From positions 2,999 through 66,998 of the forward strand of contig DATLLJ010000103.1 of NCBI GenBank assembly GCA_035537875.1: 64,000 nucleotides of DNA, written 5' to 3'. The notes below the pieces were generated by a model, which saw only the letters and a program-made list of their open reading frames with translations, ran no database searches and was not told where the DNA came from. The stretch comes from Vicinamibacterales bacterium. GTDB taxonomy: Bacteria; Acidobacteriota; Vicinamibacteria; Vicinamibacterales; CAVVIG01. Position numbers and translations under genes: made by a program. This document shows positions 53,325 through 61,423 of this stretch, in pieces. Every line of letters begins with the position of its first letter. Within the stretch, counting starts at the first letter, position 1.

Positions 53325-54977
53325 ATGCTCATGCCGAAGGTGCTTACATCGTTTCTTCTCCTGAGTGGGACGGCCATGGTCGTGGCGTCCATCGCCCCGG
53401 TCACCACGGCGCAGACGCCGGGCCCCACTCCACCCGCGCAGACCAACGCACTCTTCCAGCCCTCGGGCCAGTGCATGACCTGTCATAACGGCGTGACCAC
53501 ACCGAGCGGTGAAGACATCTCATTCGGCACGCTGTGGCGTGCATCGATGATGGCGCACGCGGCCCGCGATCCGTACTGGCAGGCCGGCGTTCGCCGGGAG
53601 GTCACGGATCACCCGCGTGCCCAGGCGGCGATCGAAAACGAATGCTCCCGCTGCCATATGCCAATGGCGCACGTGCAGCAGCAGGCACTGGGGCGACAGC
53701 TGTCCGTGTTTGCCAACCTGCCGGCCGGCGGGAACGCGGCCGCCGATCCGCTCGCAGTCGAGGGCGTCTCGTGTGCCCTCTGTCATCAGATCAAGAGTGA
53801 CGCGCTCGGCTCGAAGGCCAGCTTCACCGGTGGCTTCGTCGTCGACACCACGACGCCGCTGGAGGCGCGGCAGATGTTCGGGCCGTACCAGGTGGACAAG
53901 GGCCGAACGTCGATCATGCGCTCGGCGACCGGCCTGCTGCCCACCGAGGCTCCGCACATTCAACAGTCCGAGGTGTGTGCCACCTGCCACACGCTTTACA
54001 CGCATGCTCTGAACGCGGCTGGCGAAGCGACCAGCGAGTTCCCGGAACAGATGCCCTATCAGGAGTGGCTCCACAGCGAATTTCGCGCCACCGAGAGTTG
54101 CCAGGCGTGTCACATGCCGGTGGTCACGCAGCCAACCCCCATCACCTCGGTCCTTGGAGAGCCGCGGGAGGGCGTGTCGCGCCACGATTTCCGGGGCGCC
54201 AACTTCCTGATGCTCGGTGTGCTGAACAGATTTCGCGCGGATCTGGGCGTCGTCGCCCGACCAGCGGAGCTGGATGCGGCCATCGCGCGGACGAAAGCGT
54301 TTCTGCAGTCCCGTACGGCCACGGTTTCGGTGGAGCGAGCGGAGCTCGTGCGAGGCCGCCTCGAGGCAGACATCGTGGTGCGCAACCTGGCGGGTCACAA
54401 GCTGCCAACAGCGTATCCGTCTCGACGGGCCTGGTTGCGTGTTACGGTGCACGACGGCCAGGGTCGACTCGTGTTCTCGTCAGGCGAGGTGGAGCCGACC
54501 GGTGCGATCGCCGGCAACGACAACGACGAGGACGCCGGCCGTTTCGAGCCGCACTATCGCGAGATACGCTCGCGGGACGAAGTCCAGATCTATGAAGCCA
54601 TCATGGGCACGGAGACCCGGGCTGTCACGACAGGCCTGCTGTCCGCGGTGTCGTATCTGAAAGATAATCGAGTGCTTCCTCGCGGGTTCGACAAGCGGAC
54701 GGCATCGGGCGATGTTGCCGTGCACGGTGACGCGCTCGACGATCCGGACTTCGGCGCGGGCGAGGATCGGGTGCGCTACTCGATAGAGGCCGCCGGCGCT
54801 GGAGGCCCTTTCACGATTGAGGTCCAGATGTGGTACCAGTCGATCGCGTATCGCTGGGCTGAGAACTTGAGGGGCTATCGTGCGGCCGAACCGCAGCGCT
54901 TCGTCTCCTACTACGACAAGATGGCTTCAGAGTCAGCGCTGATGCTGACGCGCGCGGCTCGCACCGTCTCGCCATAG
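53325..54977 (+). CDS. exported pentahaem c-type cytochrome
   Basis: Signal peptide MLMPKVLTSFLLLSGTAMVVASIAPVTTA-QT. Five CxxCH motifs (CMTCH, CSRCH, CALCH, CATCH, CQACH) lie in the first 300 or so aa. A non-haem domain of about 250 aa follows. Confidence 0.8.
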   Translation: MLMPKVLTSFLLLSGTAMVVASIAPVTTAQTPGPTPPAQTNALFQPSGQCMTCHNGVTTPSGEDISFGTLWRASMMAHAARDPYWQAGVRREVTDHPRAQAAIENECSRCHMPMAHVQQQALGRQLSVFANLPAGGNAAADPLAVEGVSCALCHQIKSDALGSKASFTGGFVVDTTTPLEARQMFGPYQVDKGRTSIMRSATGLLPTEAPHIQQSEVCATCHTLYTHALNAAGEATSEFPEQMPYQEWLHSEFRATESCQACHMPVVTQPTPITSVLGEPREGVSRHDFRGANFLMLGVLNRFRADLGVVARPAELDAAIARTKAFLQSRTATVSVERAELVRGRLEADIVVRNLAGHKLPTAYPSRRAWLRVTVHDGQGRLVFSSGEVEPTGAIAGNDNDEDAGRFEPHYREIRSRDEVQIYEAIMGTETRAVTTGLLSAVSYLKDNRVLPRGFDKRTASGDVAVHGDALDDPDFGAGEDRVRYSIEAAGAGGPFTIEVQMWYQSIAYRWAENLRGYRAAEPQRFVSYYDKMASESALMLTRAARTVSP

Positions 54978-55091
54978 TCTCTGACCGGTTCGCTTCAGCG
55001 GTCGCCCTCGTGAGCTCAAGGCGCGCGCCGCACCTGCTCCATCGGGCACAGCACTTGCTCCAGAGCTGAAAGTGTACTCGTCTCAACCTCT

Positions 55092-55544
55092 CTACCCCTC
55101 GGGCATTTGAACCATCGGTATGGACACGAGGACGCAATTCGCCGCTGGCAGCACGCTGTGCCCGGCACCAGGAACAGGCTTCGGTTTCGGACCCGGGCCG
55201 ACCACGCCATTGCCCCCGTAGCCTCGAGTCCAAAAGTGCGCGACCATGCCGACGATCCCGATGAGGACGAGGGCAAACGCGGTGTAATCAAGTCGTGTCA
55301 CCGGGATCCACATGCGTAATGCGATCGGCCCGACCAGGTAGAGCGAGCCGAGGATCGACGCCGTGAGCCAGCCGAGCGTCACGAGGTGGACGATGGCAAG
55401 CATCCGGGGGTGATAAGAGAAACCGGCGACGCCACGCGGATCCGCGGCGACGACGCCGAATGCGACGGCGAGCGCAAGATGCGCGGTGCCACAGAGCGTC
55501 GGCAACACCCGCGGCGGCAGGTGGGCGCGCCGTGTCGATGTCAT
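55092..55544 (-). CDS. membrane protein, unknown function
   Basis: MTSTRRAHLPPRVLPTLCGTAHLALAVAFGVV...YHPRMLAIVHLVTLGWLTASILGSLYLVGPIAL, with four TM segments. The Gly/Pro-rich tail looks like read-through. ATG 55544 verified. Confidence 0.45.
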   Translation of the reverse strand: MTSTRRAHLPPRVLPTLCGTAHLALAVAFGVVAADPRGVAGFSYHPRMLAIVHLVTLGWLTASILGSLYLVGPIALRMWIPVTRLDYTAFALVLIGIVGMVAHFWTRGYGGNGVVGPGPKPKPVPGAGHSVLPAANCVLVSIPMVQMPEG

Positions 55545-55649
55545 GCGCGATTCACGGGTCCACCTTCGAAAACAGAGCACGCGCGCCGCGATGGTGAAGG
55601 ATGATGGACGTTGAGGATCGCGCCTGATGTGCGCCGAGCGAGGATTCAC

Positions 55650-56180
55650 ATGCTGTTCACAGACCGCAGTATCTGGACGATGGTCCACGGGATCGGGCTT
55701 GGTGGAGCGGCGCTCATGGGGCTCGCCGCAGCGATGTTCTACCTGTACGCCGCACCCAACTCGGAGCGGTCTGGCGATGCGCCGACGGCATCCCGAGCGC
55801 TCGCGGGCGTGACGATCTTTACGGCCGCAATGCTCTGGCTCACCGTGCTCGTGGGGACGTACGTCATCTTCCCGCCCTACCGTGCCACGCCGCCGGACGG
55901 CGTGACCGACCTGACCCAGTTTCCTCGCGCGCTGGTGCTGGCGAGCCCGGGCACGGAGTGGCTGCACGCCTTCGCGATGGAGAGCAAGGAACACATGCCG
56001 TGGATCGCCTCGATGCTGGCGACCGCCGTCGCGTTCGTCTCCGCGCGCTATCGATCCAGAGTGCTCGACGATGCGGCGCTTCGGAACATGGCCACCACTC
56101 TGCTGGCGATCTCTTTCGCACTGGCCGCGTTCATGTCTTTGCTGGGCGTGTTCGTGAACAAGGTGGCCCCGCTGCAGTAG
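55650..56180 (+). CDS. membrane protein, unknown function
   Basis: GAGG RBS, then ATG 55650. MLFTDRSIWTMVHGIGLGGAALMGLAAAMFYLY..., with four TM segments. Confidence 0.5.
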   Translation: MLFTDRSIWTMVHGIGLGGAALMGLAAAMFYLYAAPNSERSGDAPTASRALAGVTIFTAAMLWLTVLVGTYVIFPPYRATPPDGVTDLTQFPRALVLASPGTEWLHAFAMESKEHMPWIASMLATAVAFVSARYRSRVLDDAALRNMATTLLAISFALAAFMSLLGVFVNKVAPLQ

Positions 56181-56200
56181 ACAGAGATGTTGGGAGTTTC

Positions 56201-56545
56201 ATGATGGCAACCCGTACGGTTCCAGTTCAAACGGCCGATTCACCTGAGGCCAACGGTAGCGCGATGGCGTCCTTCATGGCCGCGGGGATCGGCGCATTCG
56301 CGATGGGGGTGTTCGTCCTCCTCAACGAGGCGAGCGTCCTTGTGGCCCCAACCTTGTACGGCCCTGCCGGTGGCGTCACGGGTCGTACAACATTGGCCAC
56401 GATCGTATGGCTGGTCGCGTGGGGAGTGTTGCACAGCCGCTGGAAGTCACACGAGATCGCACCGCGCCCGATCTATACGGCGACCTTGATACTGATAGGG
56501 TTGGGCGTTCTCGGGACGTTTCCGCCGGTCTGGGGACTGCTGTAA
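56201..56545 (+). CDS. membrane protein, unknown function
   Basis: GGGAG RBS, then ATG 56201. MMATRTVPVQT...MASFMAAGIGAFAMGVFVLL..., with three TM segments. Confidence 0.5.
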   Translation: MMATRTVPVQTADSPEANGSAMASFMAAGIGAFAMGVFVLLNEASVLVAPTLYGPAGGVTGRTTLATIVWLVAWGVLHSRWKSHEIAPRPIYTATLILIGLGVLGTFPPVWGLL

Positions 56546-56681
56546 TCGCCGCAGCGCCGCGCAGGCCGGCTGGAACTGGCGGCCACGCGCGGCCTCCGAC
56601 GCGCGACTGCAAGAAACATTGAGACGACCTCTCTGGCGTCTGCCTCGCTTTCGATTCCCCTCCGCCTGGACACTGAGGCGG

Positions 56682-57575
56682 ATGACGCGCGATCGCGGCT
56701 TCGAACATCCGAAGGAGCCCGCCGCGGTGTCCGGCCAGGAGCAACGCGTCGGCCCTGAAGCCCCGGCCGTGGCGTTCGAGGATGTATCGCTGGCCTTCGA
56801 TGACCATGTCGTTCTGCGCGGGGTGACCTTCAGGGTGCGCGTCGGGCGCCTGACAATCGTGATGGGCGCGAGCGGGGCAGGGAAGTCCGTCATCCTGAAG
56901 CTGATTCTCGGGTTGCTGAAACCTGATTCCGGCGTCATCCGCATCAACGGCGAGCGCATCGACGACATGACGGAAGTCGAGATGATGAGGGTGCGGGATG
57001 ACATCGGCATGCTGTTCCAGGAAAGCGCCCTCTTCGACTCGCTGACCGTAGCAGACAACGTCGGGTACAAGCTCTACGAGGAAACCGACATGCCTGCGGA
57101 CCAGGTACGCGCCCGCATCGAGGAGGTGCTTGGGTTCATCGGCCTCGAAGAGTACATCGATCGCATGCCCTCGGAACTATCGGGCGGACAGCGGCGGCGG
57201 GTCGCGATCGCCCGCGCCATGGCCGCGCGGCCACGCCTCCTCTTATTGGACGATCCGATCACGGGCCTCGACCCGATTACGGCCAAGACGGTTGACGCTG
57301 AAATCCTCAAGCTGAGAGATCTCGAGCACATCACCCCGATCCTGGTGACCCATCAGCTCCCGGATGCCTTCTACGTCGCGACCCATGAGGTGCAGCGACA
57401 GAACGGCCGCCTCGCCATCGTCCCGGCAGGTGGGCGCAAGAGCGAAGACACCGAGTTCATCATGCTCAGGGACGGACAGATCTACTTCGTCGGACAGGCC
57501 GAGGAACTGCTCGCATCGACGGACCCGTACCTGAAGGCGTATCTGTCCGGGTGGTTTCCGCCGCTCGTCCCATGA
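56682..57575 (+). CDS. ABC transporter ATP-binding protein (MlaF/organic-solvent-tolerance-type)
   Basis: Walker A GASGAGKS, signature LSGGQRRRVAIARA and Walker B LLLLDDP. No permease gene is adjacent. Confidence 0.8.
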   Translation: MTRDRGFEHPKEPAAVSGQEQRVGPEAPAVAFEDVSLAFDDHVVLRGVTFRVRVGRLTIVMGASGAGKSVILKLILGLLKPDSGVIRINGERIDDMTEVEMMRVRDDIGMLFQESALFDSLTVADNVGYKLYEETDMPADQVRARIEEVLGFIGLEEYIDRMPSELSGGQRRRVAIARAMAARPRLLLLDDPITGLDPITAKTVDAEILKLRDLEHITPILVTHQLPDAFYVATHEVQRQNGRLAIVPAGGRKSEDTEFIMLRDGQIYFVGQAEELLASTDPYLKAYLSGWFPPLVP

Positions 57576-57696
57576 GGGACCCGCATCGGCTGTTCGCTGC
57601 ACGTCTCATCGATCGCACCGGCAAAGGTATCCGCAGTGCGCCCCGCGACGGGCTGGTGGCCGACTCACCCCAGCCGTCGACGAAGGGGACCGCCGT

Positions 57697-58560
57697 TCAG
57701 GCCAGCGCTTTTTCGTACAGCGCGAGCAGGCGACTCCACGCCTTCTCGGCCTGCGGCTGGTTGTAGACCCCCGAGTCCGGAGGACACCAGCCGTGCGCGG
57801 CGCCGGCGTACACTTCGATTTCCGCCGGCAGCTTCACCTTAGCGAACGTGTCTTTCAGCACGTTCTTCTCGTTGGGCGCCCGCATATCGTCGTTCTCGGC
57901 GATGGCGATGAGGAACTGCGCCTTGGTCTTCGAGGCCTGAAGATGCGGACTGTTTGGCATGTCGGTCACGAGCCCGCCGCCGTGGAATGACGCGACCGCG
58001 CCGACGCGATCGGGCACCGCGGCCGCCGTGCGCAACGCAATCGGGCCGCCCATGCAATAGCCCTGCGTGCCGACTTTCCGGTTTGTGGCCACTGACGACT
58101 GCCGGTCGAGCCATCCGATGAACGCCCTCGCATCGGTCATCTGCGTCGTCTCGTTCAGCGCCTGCGCGAGCGGCAGCAGTTGCGGGATGGGCGTGGCGGC
58201 GCCGGCGTCAGCGGTCGGCGCTTTCTTGACGCGATAGAACGGGTTCACGACGAGCACCGAATAGCCCGTTTCGGCGAGCCGCTTGCCCATCTGCCGGAAG
58301 GATGGCCGCAGCCCGAAGATGTCCGGCCATATCAGGACGCCTGGCGCCGTGCCGCTCGATGGGTGGACGAAGTAGCAGTCTGCGGTCCCGTCGGGCGTCA
58401 TGACGTTGACGTCCGCTTCGGTCACGGCGACGGCGTTCGCGACCTGCGGCAGCATCATGGCCATGCCGGCGCCCAGGAGGACGCCGAACTGCCGGCGTGT
58501 CACCAATCCGCGCGCATCGTATTCCTGCCGATCTTTTTCGAAATGGTCCTGATCGCACAT
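57697..58560 (-). CDS. dienelactone hydrolase family protein with Tat-type signal
   Basis: GAGGAG RBS, then ATG 58560. The twin-arginine signal is VTRRQFGVLLGAGMAMM. The nucleophile elbow is GYCMGG, and the C-terminus has GAAHGW. Confidence 0.8.
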   Translation of the reverse strand: MCDQDHFEKDRQEYDARGLVTRRQFGVLLGAGMAMMLPQVANAVAVTEADVNVMTPDGTADCYFVHPSSGTAPGVLIWPDIFGLRPSFRQMGKRLAETGYSVLVVNPFYRVKKAPTADAGAATPIPQLLPLAQALNETTQMTDARAFIGWLDRQSSVATNRKVGTQGYCMGGPIALRTAAAVPDRVGAVASFHGGGLVTDMPNSPHLQASKTKAQFLIAIAENDDMRAPNEKNVLKDTFAKVKLPAEIEVYAGAAHGWCPPDSGVYNQPQAEKAWSRLLALYEKALA

Positions 58561-58973
58561 ATTTGCTCCTCGCAGCGTTTCATCGCGGGCCGCGTACGGT
58601 GACACTCTATACCCGATTCGCTCTTCCGGGGATGCCTGTCGGATCCCGGCCATCCCATCGTGGCAGGCGAGCATCGGGCGAATCGCGCCGCTCGCAGGCG
58701 GTTCAGCCGCGAATGCTACACAGAAATCGAATCAGCCTCGAGATTAGGAATACGGAGTTATCTCGCTGGCAATCGTCAGCGTGCTCCGCCGATCCCCACT
58801 GTCGTAGCTGATGGCAACGATTGACGACCCAACGACGCGCCTGCGCGAGAGAAACTTGCTGCTGGTGAGGTAACACATACCACATCGGCTGGACTCGCTG
58901 TTGTCAGGGCGGCGATGATGTCAGGTCGTCAGGCGTAAAGGATCCGCAGACTGATTTGCCTGCGTGGCTCTGG

Positions 58974-59531
58974 TCACGCCAGCGCGCGCAGGCCGAAGAA
59001 ATCTGCCGCTTCCACGACGGCGGGATCCTCGAGGCTCAGCGCTCGCACGGACCGCACGCGCGCGCGCGAGGCCGCGCGGTCGAACAGGGTCACGTTGATC
59101 CAGAGGGCTTCGTACGTGGACCACCAGCGCAAGCCACCCACGTTGCGGTGCCGATCGTGCCAGGCCAGGGCCTGCGGCTGCGTGATGCCCCGGTCGCGCG
59201 TCGCGACACGCGACGGACGCAGGCGCTCGCGCCGCAACACCGCGGGATCGTCCAGATCCACGAGCTCGACATCGTCGTCCAGATCGAGATCGGCAAGCGC
59301 CAGCGGCAGCCCGCGCCGGCGAAGCAGCGACGGCAGGAGCCGCTGGCCTCGGAACCGGGCCAGCTGTTCGACAAGCGTCGAGAGCGGAGAGACGGAGAGA
59401 TAGAAGCAGCCGTAACGATCGGGGTTGTCGTGGCGCCCCTCTCCCTGGTAGACGCGGGGAACCCAGAGCGGGCCGTCGGGTCCGGCGTCGCCGGCACGCT
59501 CGTCCCAGGCAAAGCAGCGATAGAGGATCAC
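58974..59531 (-). CDS. RES-domain toxin
   Basis: 185 aa immediately downstream of a DUF2384/Xre-type antitoxin. It carries GRHDNP...Y..S..S..E blocks compatible with the RES domain. Confidence 0.65.
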   Translation of the reverse strand: MILYRCFAWDERAGDAGPDGPLWVPRVYQGEGRHDNPDRYGCFYLSVSPLSTLVEQLARFRGQRLLPSLLRRRGLPLALADLDLDDDVELVDLDDPAVLRRERLRPSRVATRDRGITQPQALAWHDRHRNVGGLRWWSTYEALWINVTLFDRAASRARVRSVRALSLEDPAVVEAADFFGLRALA

Positions 59532-59546
59532 ACCCGGACGCCGGCG

Positions 59547-59879
59547 TCATGCAAAGACATCGGACCGCTCGGCTCGAATCGCCCGCATCAGCTCCTCGGT
59601 CCGCCCGAGGCGGATCAGATCCACGGGGCGGCGATCGCCAAGCAGCGGGTTCACGCCGAAGAGCCAGGCGAGCGCGGCGTCCCGATCGTAGATCCGGAGG
59701 ACGTTCGACCAGACGAGCTCGAGGAGGTCGACTTTCTCGGCGTTGAGCGGGTCGATGCCGGCGCCGCGCAGCCAGCGCGTCACCTGCGAGCGGCTCACGC
59801 CGAGCAGGTCGGCGAGCCGCGCCGACGACCGGAAATCGACGCTGAGCGTCCGGACTTTCTGAGCCACCGCGACGGGCAT
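59547..59879 (-). CDS. Xre/MbcA/ParS-type (DUF2384) antitoxin
   Basis: The HTH is ARLADLLGVSRSQVTRWLRG, and the C-terminus PLLGDRRPVDLIRLGRTEELMRAI is typical of DUF2384. ATG 59879 was chosen because the longer track start lies inside the operator palindromes. Confidence 0.7.
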   Translation of the reverse strand: MPVAVAQKVRTLSVDFRSSARLADLLGVSRSQVTRWLRGAGIDPLNAEKVDLLELVWSNVLRIYDRDAALAWLFGVNPLLGDRRPVDLIRLGRTEELMRAIRAERSDVFA

Positions 59880-59893
59880 GGGTTCGACTATAA

Positions 59894-59929
59894 CGCAACA
59901 GAATCTGTTGCGCAACATTTCATGTTGCG
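59894..59929. promoter_or_regulatory. Operator-like GTTGCG/CGCAAC palindromes upstream of the Xre-RES module
   Basis: gcaacag-aat-ctgttgc (59895-59911), the overlapping 10-bp palindrome gttgcgcaac (59907-59916), and a third gttgcg at 59924-59929. Confidence 0.55.
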
Positions 59930-59939
59930 GCTGGCACGA

Positions 59940-60407
59940 TCAGGACACGTGGATGCCGGGCCACGGCTTCACGAAGTCGAACTGAACCAAACGTCGAATC
60001 CGTTGAAAGTCCCGTTCGTTATCCGTCACGAGCACACAGCCGGCTTCTCGGCACGAGAGCGCGAGCAGGACATCATTGGCGAACGCTTTCGAGACGCGGA
60101 CTGTTTCCAATCCTTCCTGTCTCGCCATTTCTGCGATCAAATCGCCGGATCGATGCCAGGCCTCGGCTGATGGCGTGATTGTACGATTCGCTCGCTGAAA
60201 GACCTTGAGGACGTTGCGTTCCAATGCCTTCCTGTCTCGGGGACGCCGCACACCGGCCCGCAGCTCCTGGGCAACGATCACGCTGAGATGCTCAAACGGC
60301 GAGAACGCACGATGGAACTGCTGGAGCTCCTCATTGACAACCGGATCTCGACAAGCATTGATGAAGAGTTGAGTATCGAGAACGTACTTGCGCGGGGCTC
60401 GAGTCAC
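59940..60407 (-). CDS. vapC: PIN-domain toxin
   Basis: YVLDTQLF (Asp1), a mid-protein acidic residue, and LVTDNERDF. The GTG start overlaps the antitoxin stop (GTGA). Confidence 0.75.
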   Translation of the reverse strand: MTRAPRKYVLDTQLFINACRDPVVNEELQQFHRAFSPFEHLSVIVAQELRAGVRRPRDRKALERNVLKVFQRANRTITPSAEAWHRSGDLIAEMARQEGLETVRVSKAFANDVLLALSCREAGCVLVTDNERDFQRIRRLVQFDFVKPWPGIHVS

Positions 60408-60634
60408 CGTTCAGCGTCTGGCGACGCGATGTCGATCCCAAGCATCGCCTGCGTTCCGTCGATGAGCTCGCGCTGAAACACAGCGAGATCGAGCGCCCGC
60501 TCAATCGTTTCCGTCGCGGTCGCGGCGCCGAGCGCGCGCTTGGCGGCACGCAACTTGGACAGCCGTAACCGATAGGTGCGGGACACTCGCTCTTCCCGAC
60601 GGGGCGCGCGCTTTCGACGGGAGGCATTGGGCAT
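60404..60634 (-). CDS. vapB: type II antitoxin (VapB-like, family unassigned)
   Basis: 76 aa: MPNASRRKRAPRREERVSRTYRLRLSKLRAAKRALGAATATETIERALDLAV.... ATG 60634 verified. Confidence 0.55.
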   Translation of the reverse strand: MPNASRRKRAPRREERVSRTYRLRLSKLRAAKRALGAATATETIERALDLAVFQRELIDGTQAMLGIDIASPDAER

Positions 60635-60640
60635 ATCCAA

Positions 60641-60674
60641 GTGTATTGACAGCAAATTAATTGTGTCAATACAC
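60641..60674. promoter_or_regulatory. 11-bp perfect inverted repeat with embedded TTGACA boxes just upstream of vapB
   Basis: gtgtattgaca (60641-60651) pairs with tgtcaatacac (60664-60674) across a 12-nt AT-rich spacer. It lies only about 7 nt from the ATG, so a leaderless or very short-leader transcript is possible. Confidence 0.55.
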
Positions 60675-61014
60675 GACTTTCGGGCTCGGGCCAACGGGCG
60701 CATCACGCGCCTCGCTTGGAATTGCCCTGAGAACCGGAACGGTTGAGACTGGCTCCTTCAGGCTCGATTCGAACCATCTGCTGGCCGTTGGTGTCATCGC
60801 GCGGCCATCACCAGCTGCCATCGTTCGTCGGCAAGGAATGAAGAAAGTCGCGTGAGGAGGTAGAGTCGTCAACCGTTCAGCAGGCTGCGTGCGCCATCCC
60901 GGTTTCCACAATATTCGGGACGCGTCCATCACGAAGTCTGAGCGCGGATATCAACGCCGGTTACAGAAGCCCACGTCAACTTTCGGAAAAGTCGATCAAA
61001 GGAGGTAGTCCCGA

Positions 61015-61365
61015 TTAATGCTTGCGAGTCGAGTGCCCTGGGCGAAAGTGGCACGCAGGACAGGTCTCTGTTGTCATGAGTTCCATCGCCCATGAATAGA
61101 AAGCTTGAGTACGCATCGCTCGCCACACGAGATAGGTCCTGCACTGTGGACATCGTATTGTGAGACAGACCATCACCAGAGCGAATACCCACAAAGCTAG
61201 ACTAGCAAGCCCGCCCCAGACATAGACGTTCACAGAGTGGGCAACGTCCGATAGGGAGTAGTACAGCCACATACCCAAACCCGCCAGCGCGAACCAGAAC
61301 CAGACCTTGTGAAGCTGGCCAGTGCTGCTAAGAAATGTCTTAGACATCGAACAAATCATGAGCAA
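61015..61365 (-). CDS. small membrane protein with C-terminal zinc ribbon, low-GC
   Basis: WFWFALAGLGMWLYYSL, GLASLALWVFALVMVCL, then CPQC...CPAC. It sits directly downstream of the truncated RHS gene. Confidence 0.45.
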   Translation of the reverse strand: MLMICSMSKTFLSSTGQLHKVWFWFALAGLGMWLYYSLSDVAHSVNVYVWGGLASLALWVFALVMVCLTIRCPQCRTYLVWRAMRTQAFYSWAMELMTTETCPACHFRPGHSTRKH

Positions 61366-61423
61366 GCCGGTGTCATGAAGGTCATGGATGTTTCCATAAG
61401 TGCGCCTGCGCGAACACCGATAT

